In this document: positions 10,513-21,098 of the stretch, piece by piece
Layout of the letters: every line of letters starts with the position of its first letter
How positions within the stretch are numbered: position 1 is the stretch's first letter
Assembly (NCBI GenBank): GCA_965228875.1
Contig: OZ245843.1
Span: 664,616 to 728,615, forward strand
DNA from: Thalassobaculaceae bacterium
Lineage (GTDB): Bacteria; Pseudomonadota; Alphaproteobacteria; Thalassobaculales; Thalassobaculaceae
Direction of reading: 5' to 3'
DNA length: 64,000 nt
The notes under the pieces: model-generated
What the model was told of the DNA's origin: nothing
What the model saw: only the letters and a program-made list of their open reading frames with translations
Databases searched by the model: none
Translations under genes and position numbers: made by a program

Positions 10513-11178
10513 TCAGGCCGGCGGGAGGGTCTCCAGCATCGGCGCCAGGTCGATCACGCCGACCGTTTCCAGACCGCCGAGAACGGCGTCCACGGCGATG
10601 GTCGCCAGGATGATACCCATCACCCGGCTGATGACGTTGGCGCCCGTGGAACCGAGCACCGGCTTCAGCTTGGCGGCCAGCAGCAGGAAGATCAGGGTCA
10701 CCAGCATGACCACGAAGAGCAGGCCGGCGGTCAGCGCCTGCTCCGGGATCGAGTTCTTGTTGTTGTCGGTCAGGACGACGATCGCGAGCATGGCGCCCGG
10801 CGATGCGATCGACGGCATGGCCAGCGGGAACACTGCGCCGGAGAGATGCTCCCGCTCGGCCTCCTTGATCTCCTGCTCCGCCTTGGAATCGCCGAAGATC
10901 ATCATCATCGCGAACAGGAACAGCACGATCCCGCCGGCGATCTGGAACGAGGCGAAGCGCAGGCCGAGGGACTCGAGAAGCAGTTGTCCGCCCACCAGGA
11001 ACAGCATCAGGACGACGGTGGCGATCAGGACCGCCCGCAGCGCGTAGGCCCGGTGCAGATGGCGCGGAACGTTCGCCGTCGCATAGTAGAAGACCGGCAG
11101 GGTGCCGATCGGGTCGACGACCACGAGGATCGTGATGAGTTCGCGGCCGAGGTCCGGCCAGTCGATTGCGGAGAGCAT
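10513..11178 (-). CDS. MarC family membrane protein
   Basis: VVDPIGTLP, FQIAGGIVLF, AVFPLAMPSIASPGA, SRVMGIILA motifs. Confidence 0.92.
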   Translation of the reverse strand: MLSAIDWPDLGRELITILVVVDPIGTLPVFYYATANVPRHLHRAYALRAVLIATVVLMLFLVGGQLLLESLGLRFASFQIAGGIVLFLFAMMMIFGDSKAEQEIKEAEREHLSGAVFPLAMPSIASPGAMLAIVVLTDNNKNSIPEQALTAGLLFVVMLVTLIFLLLAAKLKPVLGSTGANVISRVMGIILATIAVDAVLGGLETVGVIDLAPMLETLPPA

Positions 11179-11338
11179 GGGCGGCGTTCCTGATGGCCTG
11201 AGACGGTGTCCCGTTAATGATTACCAGCCATTCCGGCGAAAATCAGGACGGATCGGCGGAAATTCAAGAGAAACCGGTCTCGGCATGCCAGGTGCGCCCC
11301 AGAGTCTCGAAGCGGGCGCCCGGTGGAAGGAGGGTCCG

Positions 11339-12721
11339 CTAAGAGGGTTGGGTCGCCTTGAGCAGATCCAGCGGCGCGGTCTCGTCGCCGGTCAGTGCCA
11401 TGGCGCGCAGGGCGGCCGCCGCCTCTCGGTCCAGCAGCGGCACAACGAGCGCGTCGAACTTCTCCGACAGTCGGCTCTCCTGGGCGTCCAGGTCGGTTGC
11501 CGGAATGCCGACGTCGTGGACCTCGTGCAGCACCCGGCCATCATCGAGTTCGATCGTCACCTCCGCCCGGCTGGCCTGCGCCCGGTCGACCTTGACGGGA
11601 TCGACCGCGACCCGGCGGCGCAGCGCGACGAGCCCCGGGTCGTTGGCGACGGCGTCGGTGAAGCTCTCCACCGCCCCTGTATCGTGGCCGGCAAGGGCCA
11701 GGGCCGCGGTGTGCCGCAGGCTGAACTTGACCTGCAGCCCGGTCTCCGGCTCGGGGATGTTGCACATCCGCAGGCTTCCCTCGCTCACCTTCAGGCGGAC
11801 CGCCTGCACCTGCGCCGGGTCGACGCCATGGCGGGCGCGCAGGCTGCGGCTCGCTTCGATCGACGAGTGGGTCATGTAACAGGCGGCGTGGTACTTGAAG
11901 AGGTTGTTCTCGATCAGGAACCGGTTGCCCGGCGCCCAGGACATGTCGTACGGCGCGGCGTCGGGCCCCTGGGTCTCCCAGAACCCTTGAACGCATTCGA
12001 GTCCGTCCGGGCGGGAGACGAAGCCGCGCGCCGCCCAGCGCGCCGCCCGCGTACCGTTCTGCGCCGCCCGGCCGGCATGCAGCGGCTTTCCCATAGTGCC
12101 GAACTGCGCCTTCAGGCCGGAAGCCAGCGTGGTCGCGATGCCCAGTGCATGGGCCGTCCGCTCGGCGTCGAGGCCGAGCAGGTGGCAGACGCCCGCGGCG
12201 GCGCCGAAGGTGCCGATCGTCGCCGTGGCATGCCAGCCGCTGTCGTAGTGGGCGTCGCCTGTCATCTCGCCGACCCGGCAGGCGATCTCGTAGCCGATGA
12301 CGAAGGAGCGCAGGGCATCCTCCAGCGACCGGCCCTCGACCACGGCCGCCGTCAGGACAGCGGGCAGGACCGCCACGGTGGGATGGCCGTGCATGGTGCG
12401 GTTCACGTCGTCGAAGTCCAGCGCGTGGCCGGCGGCACCGTTGACCAGGATCGCATCCGACGGGCGCAGGCTCTCGGTGCGGCCGACTACGGGGATGTTC
12501 CCGGCGCCGCCATCGTCCAGCGCATCCTCCAGCAGGATCGCGACCAGCGGGTCGTGCGCGCCGGCCACCGTCACCCCGATCCAGTCCATAAGGCAGTGCC
12601 GGGCCCAGCGCAGGGCGCGGGGGTCGACCGACGCCGCCGGCGTCTGGGCGGTCCAATCGGCGAGAGCCCGTGTCGGTCGCAGGGCGGCGGTCTGTGAGTC
12701 GGCGGCGTGGCTGGTGGCCAT
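11339..12721 (-). CDS. MmgE/PrpD family protein
   Basis: NGAAGHALDFDD, HGHP, GWHATATIG, GTMGKPLHAG, FKYHAAC, KFSL; start after GGGAGG. Confidence 0.9.
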   Translation of the reverse strand: MATSHAADSQTAALRPTRALADWTAQTPAASVDPRALRWARHCLMDWIGVTVAGAHDPLVAILLEDALDDGGAGNIPVVGRTESLRPSDAILVNGAAGHALDFDDVNRTMHGHPTVAVLPAVLTAAVVEGRSLEDALRSFVIGYEIACRVGEMTGDAHYDSGWHATATIGTFGAAAGVCHLLGLDAERTAHALGIATTLASGLKAQFGTMGKPLHAGRAAQNGTRAARWAARGFVSRPDGLECVQGFWETQGPDAAPYDMSWAPGNRFLIENNLFKYHAACYMTHSSIEASRSLRARHGVDPAQVQAVRLKVSEGSLRMCNIPEPETGLQVKFSLRHTAALALAGHDTGAVESFTDAVANDPGLVALRRRVAVDPVKVDRAQASRAEVTIELDDGRVLHEVHDVGIPATDLDAQESRLSEKFDALVVPLLDREAAAALRAMALTGDETAPLDLLKATQPS

Positions 12722-12890
12722 GGTCGTCCTCCCGGGCAACGGCGCGAAACGGGGCGGCGCGGCTCATTCATGCGGGGGCCAAGTCTATTTCCGGGATACG
12801 GGATAGTCTATCCGCCACCGGTTTGATGTAGTGCGGGCGGCCGGCAAAGAGACGATCACCAACCAAGGCACCGGCGGAGGAGATGCGAGA

Positions 12891-13694
12891 ATGGGCAAAT
12901 TGGACGGGCGCGTCGCGCTGATTTCGGGAGCCGCACGCGGCATCGGTGCGCAGACCGCCAGACGAATGGTCGAAGAGGGGGCCAGGGTCGTCATCGGCGA
13001 CGTTCGCGAGGACCTGGGCAGGAAGACGGCGGAGGAACTGGCGGCGGGACAGGACCGCTGCCGGTTCACGACGCTTGACGTCACGGATCCGGACAGCTGG
13101 CAGGCGGCCGTCGATCTCACGGTCGACGCCTATGGCCGGCTGGACATTCTGGTCAACAATGCCGGCGTGTTCATCGGTCGGTCGCTGGAGGACATCTCGT
13201 TCGACGAGTGGAAGACGCTGGTCGACGTCAACCTGACCGGAACGTTTCTCGGGACCCGTATCGCGGCGCCGGCGCTGCGCGAGGCGGCCAAGGACACGCC
13301 CCACGGGAGCGCTATCGTCAATCTCTCCTCCATCGCCGGTCTGGTCGGCTCCATGGTCGATCCGCTCTACTCCATGACCAAGGGCGGAGTGACGACCTTC
13401 ACCAAGTCCGTCGCCCTGCATTTCGGTCGGCGCGGAGACCGGATCCGGGTCAACCAGATCCACCCGGGAGTGATCGAGACGGACATGGGCGAGCAGACCT
13501 ACGGGGCCCGGGCGCGGGCGCTGGGCACGAACGACATCGATGCGGCCAAGCAGGCTTCGCTGAACATGCATCCCATCGGACGGCACGGGACGGCGGACGA
13601 TATCGCCGCGGGCATCGTGTTCCTCGCTTCCGACGATGCGGGCTTCATGACCGGATCAAGCCTGGTCGTCGATGGTGGTGTGACCGCGCAGTAG
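12891..13694 (+). CDS. Short-chain dehydrogenase/reductase
   Basis: SGAARGIG, LVNNAG, YSMTK (YxxxK), DGG. Confidence 0.92.
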   Translation: MGKLDGRVALISGAARGIGAQTARRMVEEGARVVIGDVREDLGRKTAEELAAGQDRCRFTTLDVTDPDSWQAAVDLTVDAYGRLDILVNNAGVFIGRSLEDISFDEWKTLVDVNLTGTFLGTRIAAPALREAAKDTPHGSAIVNLSSIAGLVGSMVDPLYSMTKGGVTTFTKSVALHFGRRGDRIRVNQIHPGVIETDMGEQTYGARARALGTNDIDAAKQASLNMHPIGRHGTADDIAAGIVFLASDDAGFMTGSSLVVDGGVTAQ

Positions 13695-13733
13695 GCGCAT
13701 TCCCGGTCGCAGGATCTCACTGTAACGGACTGA

Positions 13734-13786
13734 AGTCTCCCGCATCCGGCGCTGCTCTGAACGCGGCGCCGGATGCGGGGGAGACT
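13734..13786 (+). terminator. Long GC stem-loop downstream of the SDR gene
   Basis: AGTCTCC-CGCATCCGGCGC...GCGCCGGATGCG-GG-GGAGACT, followed by an AT-rich tract. Confidence 0.65.
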
Positions 13787-13960
13787 GCATAGATCGGTTT
13801 AATTAATCGAATTAATTATCTGATATAAAATAAAAAATAGTTGCAAGACTCAGATTTGGCCGCCTGGGGAAGGCACGACCCTTGGGGCAGGGGTGAGCGA
13901 GAGCCGGGCAGCGACCGGCAATTGGGGCGTATTAGATCTATTTTTGAAATTGATGGCCCG

Positions 13961-13975
13961 TTAACTTTCGATTCA
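13961..13975 (+). promoter_or_regulatory. Near-consensus CtrA box upstream of the MCP gene
   Basis: TTAA-CTTTCGA-TTCA, one mismatch to TTAA-N7-TTAA. Confidence 0.5.
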
Positions 13976-14065
13976 TCGAGTGCGTGCAGACTTCGCCCGC
14001 AAATTCGGGGCTGGTGACGGCCGCGGTGCTGCAGTGTGCGCGAAATGGAAATGGTAGGTGGCCGG

Positions 14066-16438
14066 ATGGCGAAGCTGACCTTCAATATTCCGGCCCTGGT
14101 ATTTCTTGCGGCACTGGTCGCCGGCCTCGGGAACAGCCTGACCGGAATGGTCCTGTCCTCGAACGCGCAGTTTCAGGCGGCGGAACGCCAGCTCGAGACG
14201 GTGGTCGAGAGCCGGGCGGTGGCCCTGCAGCACTATCTGGACACGATCCACATCGATCTGGTGACCCTGTCGACCAGTCCGGTCGCCTACGAGGCGATCG
14301 TGGAGTTCAAAGGCGGATGGACCGAGTTCTTCGCCAAGGGACCGACCAAGGCGCTGCAGGAAGCCTACATCACCGGCAATCCGCATCCGACCGGCGCCAA
14401 GGAGGAACTCGACCGGGCGGAAGGGTCGGAGGGCTATCACGAGACCCATGCCCACTTTCATCCCTGGTACCGAAGCCTGCTGCGGGCGAAGGGCTTCTAC
14501 GACATCTTCCTGTTCGATACCAACGGCAACCTCGTCTACACGGTGTTCAAGGAACTCGACTTCGCCACCAACTTCGTGTCCGGCGAATACGCCGACACGG
14601 GCCTCGGCCGGGTCTACAGGGCTGCGCTGGCCGAGCCGGGAACAGTGGTGTTCGACGATTTCGAGGGCTACGCGCCGAGCCATGGCGCCCCGGCGAGCTT
14701 CGTTGCCACCGCCGTGATTGACCGGTTCGGCAACACGATCGGCGTTCTGGCGTTCCAGATGCCGATCGACCGGCTGAACGCTGTCATGACCGACCCGATC
14801 GGCCTGGGAGAGACCGGTGACGCGGTCCTCGTCGGACCCGACAGCCTTAGGCGCAGCGACTCCCGATTCGGTACGGAGAGCGCACTGCTGACAGAAACGG
14901 TTACCTGGCCCGGAACCAGCGCCGCGGTTGCCGGCGAGACGGGCCTGCAGTCGGGCGAGGTCGGCGGAGAGGAGGTCCTGGTTGCCTATGCGCCGGTCCG
15001 CTTCGAGGGCGTCACCTGGGGCGTGATGGCCCGCCTGAACAAGAACGAGGCGTTCGCCGCGGGCGAGGAACTGGTGCTTTACCTGGCGATGATCGGTGCT
15101 GGAATCCTGCTGATCGCGCTGGTCGCGGGTACCGTGTTCTCGCGAACGATCACCAAGCCGCTGAGCCGGATCATAGCGGCGATGTCGACCGTGTCCGCGG
15201 GCAACTACGCGATCGATGTGCCGGATACCGGCCGGCGCGACGAGGTCGGCGACATTGCCCGGGCGCTGGAGGTGTTTCGCCAGAACGGCCAGGAGGCCGA
15301 ACGTCTGCGGGCCGAGCAGGAGCATGCGCGAGAACGCGCGGAGGCGGAACGGATCGAGGCGCTGAGAAACATGGCGCGAACCGTCGAGTCCGAGTCCGGC
15401 CGCGCTGTCGCGCAGGTGTCCGACGAGACCGGTCAGATGGCAAACCAGGCTCAGGACATGGCGCGTTCGGCCGAGCAGGTGGAGCAGAACAGCCAGGCCG
15501 TCGCGACCGCGGCGCAGGAGGCGCTGGCCAACGCGGAGTCGGTTTCAGCGGCCACCGAGGAACTGGCAGCCTCGATCGAGGAGATATCCGCCCGCGTCGT
15601 CGAGAGTGCGTCGACGGCCCGCACCGCGATGGAGGTCGGGGAGCAGAGCCAGACAACGATTCAGTCCCTGTCCGAGGCCGCAGGCCGGATCAGCACCGTC
15701 GCCGTGCTGATCGACGACATCGCCCAGCAGACCGGCCTGTTGGCGTTGAACGCCACGATCGAGGCGGCGCGGGCCGGCGAGGCCGGCAAGGGCTTCGCGG
15801 TGGTGGCGAGCGAGGTCAAGAGCCTGGCGGCGCAGACCGCCAACGCCACCGGAGAGATTTCCGCCCAGATCCAGGAGATCCAAACCATCACCGAGCGGTC
15901 GGTCGAAGCCGTTCGCACGATGGTCGAACGGATCCGTGCGGTCGACGAGATGTCGACGTCTGTCGCGACCGCCGTGGAGGAACAGCAGGCCGCGACTCAG
16001 GAGATCGCGCGCAACGTCTCCGATACCGCGACCGCGGCCCGCGATGTCGCGTCCAATATCGATCTGGTGTCGGCCGAAGCCCGCTCCAACCTGGATACGG
16101 CGGCGGCGGTCCGGGCGGCGTCCGAGCACGTCAAGGAGGCTATCGAGAACCTCAAGCAGGTTGTCGTCCGGGTGGTGCGCACGTCGGCGCCGGAGGTCGA
16201 CCGGCGGCAGCAGCCGCGTCAGCACATCCGCGAATCCGCAACGCTGTCCATCGGCCGGAGCAGCTATGATGTGACGGTTCTCAACGCCTCCGATGGCGGC
16301 GTCGGGGTCGAGGTCGCCGAGGGGGTCGACATGGTGACGGGCGAGGGCCACGGCGAGATATCCTCGCCGCGTCTCGGCCGGCGCATGGTCGAGATCACCG
16401 GCGTGTCCGGCCGGAATATCGGCCTTCGCTTTGCATAG
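14066..16438 (+). CDS. Methyl-accepting chemotaxis protein (Cache-like periplasmic sensor, HAMP, signalling domain, C-terminal PilZ)
   Basis: Two TM helices, [75 protein letters not shown]-terminal RRQQPR...NASDGG; start uncertain (14036-14066). Confidence 0.93.
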   Translation: MAKLTFNIPALVFLAALVAGLGNSLTGMVLSSNAQFQAAERQLETVVESRAVALQHYLDTIHIDLVTLSTSPVAYEAIVEFKGGWTEFFAKGPTKALQEAYITGNPHPTGAKEELDRAEGSEGYHETHAHFHPWYRSLLRAKGFYDIFLFDTNGNLVYTVFKELDFATNFVSGEYADTGLGRVYRAALAEPGTVVFDDFEGYAPSHGAPASFVATAVIDRFGNTIGVLAFQMPIDRLNAVMTDPIGLGETGDAVLVGPDSLRRSDSRFGTESALLTETVTWPGTSAAVAGETGLQSGEVGGEEVLVAYAPVRFEGVTWGVMARLNKNEAFAAGEELVLYLAMIGAGILLIALVAGTVFSRTITKPLSRIIAAMSTVSAGNYAIDVPDTGRRDEVGDIARALEVFRQNGQEAERLRAEQEHARERAEAERIEALRNMARTVESESGRAVAQVSDETGQMANQAQDMARSAEQVEQNSQAVATAAQEALANAESVSAATEELAASIEEISARVVESASTARTAMEVGEQSQTTIQSLSEAAGRISTVAVLIDDIAQQTGLLALNATIEAARAGEAGKGFAVVASEVKSLAAQTANATGEISAQIQEIQTITERSVEAVRTMVERIRAVDEMSTSVATAVEEQQAATQEIARNVSDTATAARDVASNIDLVSAEARSNLDTAAAVRAASEHVKEAIENLKQVVVRVVRTSAPEVDRRQQPRQHIRESATLSIGRSSYDVTVLNASDGGVGVEVAEGVDMVTGEGHGEISSPRLGRRMVEITGVSGRNIGLRFA

Positions 16439-16546
16439 GGTGGGATAAACGGCACGCCGCTTGCTTCTAGGTGCCTGGGACCTGGGGCGTGGGCAAGCGC
16501 TGGGAAAGGTCTCGACCGCCTGAGGAAGACGCGACGGGAAGACGCG

Positions 16547-17074
16547 ATGTCTAACAGCTATCTGGACCCCTACGACCGGGACAACCCACCGCATCTCGCG
16601 GGTGCCAAGGACGGGACGATCGTCGAGGTCGACGACCGCGAACAGTGGTCGCCGGGGCAGCGGCTGTTTGCGGACTGGTTCGAGGCGAACGCGGTTGACG
16701 GCCTGGTGCCGGCGGATGCGCCGGTAGACGCGCTCGGTCCGCTGTTCGGCTTCATCCACAAGCTGCTCGTCGACCGGGAGAGGGACGACTTCCGCTACCT
16801 GATCTACGGTCGGAGCATCGCCAAGAAGGCCAACATGGGCATGGACGGGCAATGGGTTTCCGAACTGCCGGCGCCGGCCGGACCGGTCTTTCTCAACCAC
16901 TACCGCGGCCTCGTGCGCAACCCGCGCCTGTTCGTCGGCAGGCTGACCTATGTCGGATTGGACATGCCCTACAGGGAGTGGGTGCGGGCAGTCGCTCCGC
17001 TGGGGTCGGCGGCCACCGGCGCCACCCACTTCATCGTCTTCACCGAGACCGTCGCCGATCCGCGCAGGGTCTGA
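16547..17074 (+). CDS. Stand-alone PAS-fold (PAS_5/DUF1457-like) protein
   Basis: LFADW...FRYLIYG...RAVAPL pattern parallels the 44067 protein (LFAYW...FRVRLFGT...RLLLPL). Confidence 0.65.
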   Translation: MSNSYLDPYDRDNPPHLAGAKDGTIVEVDDREQWSPGQRLFADWFEANAVDGLVPADAPVDALGPLFGFIHKLLVDRERDDFRYLIYGRSIAKKANMGMDGQWVSELPAPAGPVFLNHYRGLVRNPRLFVGRLTYVGLDMPYREWVRAVAPLGSAATGATHFIVFTETVADPRRV

Positions 17075-17163
17075 ATGACGCCGACCCGCGCAGTGTCTGA
17101 TCTGCGCCGACCCGTGCAGGTTCTGACGATCCTCGATCCACGCAGGGGCTGACCGGGGCGTCT

Positions 17164-17185
17164 CGGCGGGGCCATCGCCCCGCCG
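17164..17185. terminator. Hairpin between convergent genes
   Basis: CGGCGGGGC-CATC-GCCCCGCCG. Confidence 0.55.
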
Positions 17186-17206
17186 TTCAACCCGAGTCTG
17201 CGGCGC

Positions 17207-17962
17207 TCAGATCGCCAGGTACTCGTGGCGCAGGTCGTCGTTGTCGAGAACCTCCTGGGCGGAGCCGTCGAACACGATCTGCCCCATGTCCAGGATCAGC
17301 GCCCGGTTGGCCAGGTGCAGGGCGGCGATGGCGTTCTGCTCGACGATGATGGTGGTGATCCCCATCTCCTTCACGCTTTCGAGGATGCCCTCGATCTCGC
17401 GCACGATGGTCGGCGCCAGCCCCTCGTAGGGCTCGTCCAGCAGCAGCAGCTTGAGGTCGCGCGCCAGTGCCCGGGCGACGGCCAGCATCTGCTGCTCGCC
17501 GCCGGACATGGTGATCGCCTCCTGACGTCGACGCTCGGCGAGCCGGGGGAAGTGGTCGTAGATGCGCTCCAGCGGCCAGCCGATCGGCTCCTCCACCTGG
17601 GAGAGCAGCAGATTCTCCTCGACGGTGAGGCCGGCGATGATCCGGCGGTCCTCCGGGACGAGCTGGATGCCCGACCGGGCGGCCTCGAAGGACCGCATGG
17701 CGTGCAACGGTTCGCCATGCAGCCACATCTGCCCGCCCATCAGCGCCGGGGTCTCGGTCCGGGCGATGGTCCGCAGGGTGGATGTCTTGCCGGCGCCATT
17801 GCGGCCGAGCAGGGCGACGATATCGCGTTCGCGGACGTCGAACGACACGCCCTGGACGATGTAGGACTCGCCGTAATAGGCGTGGATGTCCTGGACGCGG
17901 AAGAAGGCGTCGCTTGCGGCGCCGGACGCTTCCTGAACGGTGGTTGCGGCGGTGGCGTTCAT
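17207..17962 (-). CDS. HAAT-family ABC ATP-binding protein (LivF-like)
   Basis: GRNGAGKT, MSGGEQQMLAVARAL, LLDEP, IVEQN. Confidence 0.9.
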   Translation of the reverse strand: MNATAATTVQEASGAASDAFFRVQDIHAYYGESYIVQGVSFDVRERDIVALLGRNGAGKTSTLRTIARTETPALMGGQMWLHGEPLHAMRSFEAARSGIQLVPEDRRIIAGLTVEENLLLSQVEEPIGWPLERIYDHFPRLAERRRQEAITMSGGEQQMLAVARALARDLKLLLLDEPYEGLAPTIVREIEGILESVKEMGITTIIVEQNAIAALHLANRALILDMGQIVFDGSAQEVLDNDDLRHEYLAI

Positions 17963-17983
17963 GTCTACGGCCCTCTCTAGAGA

Positions 17984-18739
17984 CTACAGGTGGGCGCCGC
18001 CCAGATAGGCTTCCTGCACCTTGGGATTGCCCCGGATCTCCTCGGGCGTTCCTTCGGCGATGACGGTGCCCTGGGCAAGGACGGAGACCTTGTGGGCCAG
18101 CGAGAACACCACGTGCATGTCGTGTTCGATCACGATCTTGGTGATCCCGCGCTCGCCGATCCGCTTCAGCAGGTCGATGGTGTTGTTGGTGTCGGCCCGC
18201 GACATGCCGGCGGTCGGTTCGTCGAGCAGGAGCAGGCGCGGCTCCTGCACCAGGCACATGGCCAGTTCCAGGCGCCGCTTGTCGCCTCGGGACAGCGCGC
18301 CGGCATGGTCGGCCCGGTTGTCCGCGAGCCCGACGTCCTCGAGCATGTGCTGGGCGCGGTCTCGGATCTCCGCCTCGCCGTCGACGCGGGGCAGCCAGTT
18401 CAGCCGGAACGCGCCGTCGCGGTGGGCGAAGGCCGGGATCATCACGTTTTCCAGCAGCGAGAGGTCGGGAAAGATCTCCGGCGTCTGGAACACGCGGGCG
18501 ACGCCGAGCTGGTTGATCTCGTGCGGCCGACGGTTCAGCAGCGACTGGCCGTCGAACATGACGGTGCCGGTGTCCGGCTCCAGCCGGCCGACGAAGCAGT
18601 TCAGCAGCGTGGACTTGCCGGCGCCGTTCGGCCCGATGATGGCATGGACGTGACCCTGCTCCACCTTCAGGTTCACCTGGTTCAGTGCTCTCAGGCCGGC
18701 GAACGCCTTGTTCACGCCCTGGACGGTAAGGATCGACAT
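17984..18739 (-). CDS. HAAT-family ABC ATP-binding protein (LivG-like)
   Basis: GPNGAGKST, LLDEPTAGMS, IEHDM, VQEAYLG; start after AAGGAGGG. Confidence 0.9.
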   Translation of the reverse strand: MSILTVQGVNKAFAGLRALNQVNLKVEQGHVHAIIGPNGAGKSTLLNCFVGRLEPDTGTVMFDGQSLLNRRPHEINQLGVARVFQTPEIFPDLSLLENVMIPAFAHRDGAFRLNWLPRVDGEAEIRDRAQHMLEDVGLADNRADHAGALSRGDKRRLELAMCLVQEPRLLLLDEPTAGMSRADTNNTIDLLKRIGERGITKIVIEHDMHVVFSLAHKVSVLAQGTVIAEGTPEEIRGNPKVQEAYLGGAHL

Positions 18740-18753
18740 CTCCGCGCCCTCCT

Positions 18754-19911
18754 TCAGGCCGCGTCCGCAACGGAGGCGTTCTTCGCCTTGCCGTCGGAGC
18801 GTTTGAACATCGACTGCACCCGGCGCACGCCTTCCATGATGCCGCCCGGCAGGAAGATCACGATCAGCATGAACACCACGCCGAGGGTCAGGTGCCAGCC
18901 TTCGCCCACGAACAGGCCGCTGACCGAGACGAAGGCGTGCTGCAGCGTCTCCGGCAGGAAGCTGAAGATGCTCATCAGAACCTGATCGTTGAACGCCGAG
19001 AAGATGTTCTCGAAGTACTTGATGACGGCGGCACCGAGTACCGGACCCAGCAGAGTGCCGCTGCCTCCGAGGATGGTCATCAGCACCACTTCGCCGGATG
19101 CCGTCCACTGCATGCGCTCGGCGCCGGCCAGCGGGTCCGTCGACGCCAGCAGGGCTCCCGCCATTCCGGCATACATGCCGGAAATCACGAAGGCGGCGAG
19201 GGTGTAGGGCCGGGTGTTGAAGCCGGTGTAGTTCATGCGCGTCTGGTTCGACTTGATCGCCTTGAGCATGGTGCCGAACGGCGAGCGCGAGATCTTGAGC
19301 GCGATGAAGAAACCGATGATCAGCACGACCGCGCAGAAGTAGAAGCCGGGGTACCCCGTCATCTCGACCCCGAACAGCGAGGTCGTCGGCGTCGACACGG
19401 TGTCACGCTGGCCGGCCAGTTCCTCGAGGATGCGCGGATCGCTCGGCAGCACCGTGAGACCGGTCTCGCCGTTGGTGATCGGCGTCAGCACCGAGTAGGC
19501 GAGATTGTAGGACATCTGGGCGAAGGCCAGGGTCAGGATCGAGAAGTAGATCCCGGTCCGGCGCAGGCTGATGTAGCCGATCGCCACGGCGAAGAGGCCC
19601 GAGGTGATCATCGCGAAGAACACCGCCGGCAACACGTTCATCCCCAGCAGCTTGAACGACCAGACCGCCGTGTAGGAACCGACGCCGAGGAAGGCGGCGT
19701 GGCCGAAGGACAGGTATCCGGTGAGGCCGAACAGGATGTTGAAGCCGATCGCGAACAGGCCGTAGATCGCCCATTTCTGCAGGAGATCCGGGTAGCCGGC
19801 GCCGATGACGCTGGCCCAGATCGGCGCGGTCAGGACGGCGGCGGCGAACAGCACCAGGAAGATCAGGTCGGTGCGGGCGCTGCTGCCCAGCGCGGAGACG
19901 GTCGGGGCCAT
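18754..19911 (-). CDS. HAAT-family ABC permease (LivM-like)
   Basis: [38 protein letters not shown]. Confidence 0.9.
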   Translation of the reverse strand: MAPTVSALGSSARTDLIFLVLFAAAVLTAPIWASVIGAGYPDLLQKWAIYGLFAIGFNILFGLTGYLSFGHAAFLGVGSYTAVWSFKLLGMNVLPAVFFAMITSGLFAVAIGYISLRRTGIYFSILTLAFAQMSYNLAYSVLTPITNGETGLTVLPSDPRILEELAGQRDTVSTPTTSLFGVEMTGYPGFYFCAVVLIIGFFIALKISRSPFGTMLKAIKSNQTRMNYTGFNTRPYTLAAFVISGMYAGMAGALLASTDPLAGAERMQWTASGEVVLMTILGGSGTLLGPVLGAAVIKYFENIFSAFNDQVLMSIFSFLPETLQHAFVSVSGLFVGEGWHLTLGVVFMLIVIFLPGGIMEGVRRVQSMFKRSDGKAKNASVADAA

Positions 19912-19914
19912 CTG

Positions 19915-20931
19915 TTAACCCTCCATCACGCCCTTGCGGCCGAGAAGGCCACGGGGGCGGACTTGCAGAACGATCACGGCAACCAGGTAGATGATGATCT
20001 GGTCGATGCCGGGAATGATGGACTTCACCTCGTTCATCGAGGCGAAGGACTGAAGGATGCCGAGCAGGAACCCGGCCAGGACGGCACCCGGCAGCGAGCC
20101 CATGCCGCCGACGACGACGACGACGAAGGACAGGACCAGGAAGTCCATGCCGATGTGGTAGTCGGGCGGGAGGATCGGCGTGTACATGACGCCGGCCAGG
20201 CCGGCGACGATCGCGGCGATGCCGAAGACGATCGTGAAGCGTCGCTCGACATGGATGCCGAGAAGGCCCACCGTCTCGCGGTCCTGCATGCCGGCGCGCA
20301 CGACCATGCCGAAGGTTGTGAACTGCAGGAAGGCGAACACCATGCCGATCACCGCCAGAGAGAACAGCAGGTAGATCAGCCGCCAGTACGGGTAGACGAT
20401 GGTCCCGGGGACGCCGAACCAGGCGCCAAGGTCGGCGCTGCCCGCGACCGTCTCCGGCGCTGGGGTGGGGATCGGATTGGCCCCGAACTGCGCCTTGACC
20501 ACCTCCTGGAGTACGATGGCGAGGCCGAAGGTCACGAGAATCTGTTCGGCGTGGGAGCGGTTATAGAAGAACCGGACCAGGCCGCGCTCCATGATGAGCC
20601 CGATCACCAGCATGATCGGGATTGCCGCGATCACCGCGATCGGGACCGCGTAGTCGATGATTATCAGACCGGTGTCGCCGAACCAGGTCTCGAGGTAGGG
20701 GACCTCCTTGTAGGCATCGAAGAACGTGATGCTCTCGTCCTTCACTTTCTCCGACAGGGTCAGCAGCTTTTGGATCGTGACGGCGCAGAAGGCGCCGAGC
20801 ATGAACAGCGCGCCGTGGGCGAAGTTGACCACGCCGAGCGTGCCGAAGATCAGGGTCAGCCCGAGGGCGATCAGCGCATAGGCGCCGCCTTTGTCGAGCC
20901 CGTTCAATAATTGAAGAACGATGGCGTCCAT
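19915..20931 (-). CDS. HAAT-family ABC permease (LivH-like)
   Basis: YALIALGLTLIFGTLGVVNFAHG, VVVVGGMGSL, RPRGLLG. Confidence 0.9.
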   Translation of the reverse strand: MDAIVLQLLNGLDKGGAYALIALGLTLIFGTLGVVNFAHGALFMLGAFCAVTIQKLLTLSEKVKDESITFFDAYKEVPYLETWFGDTGLIIIDYAVPIAVIAAIPIMLVIGLIMERGLVRFFYNRSHAEQILVTFGLAIVLQEVVKAQFGANPIPTPAPETVAGSADLGAWFGVPGTIVYPYWRLIYLLFSLAVIGMVFAFLQFTTFGMVVRAGMQDRETVGLLGIHVERRFTIVFGIAAIVAGLAGVMYTPILPPDYHIGMDFLVLSFVVVVVGGMGSLPGAVLAGFLLGILQSFASMNEVKSIIPGIDQIIIYLVAVIVLQVRPRGLLGRKGVMEG

Positions 20932-21024
20932 GACGCGGTCCCCCCTCAGGGTATTCGGTTTTCTTAAGTATGCCGTCCGGACATCTGATCGACCATAAGT
21001 CGAGAGGCGTTCCGACGGGCAAGT

Positions 21025-21085
21025 CGGGGGCTCCCTTGCGGGAGCCCCCGGTCAGTCATTGCCGGGCGATGCCGTCCGGCATCGC
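21025..21085 (-). terminator. Two stem-loops after the substrate-binding gene
   Basis: CGGGGGCTCCC-TTGC-GGGAGCCCCCG (21025-21050) and GCGATGCCG-TC-CGGCATCGC (21066-21085). Confidence 0.6.
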
Positions 21086-21098
21086 GACCCGCACCCGG

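Noticed and set aside
13798..13840. AT-rich tract with several TTAA words as a CtrA box
   Set aside because: Spacings are N0, N5 and N9, not N7; it may be an UP element or nucleoid-protein site but I cannot support a call.
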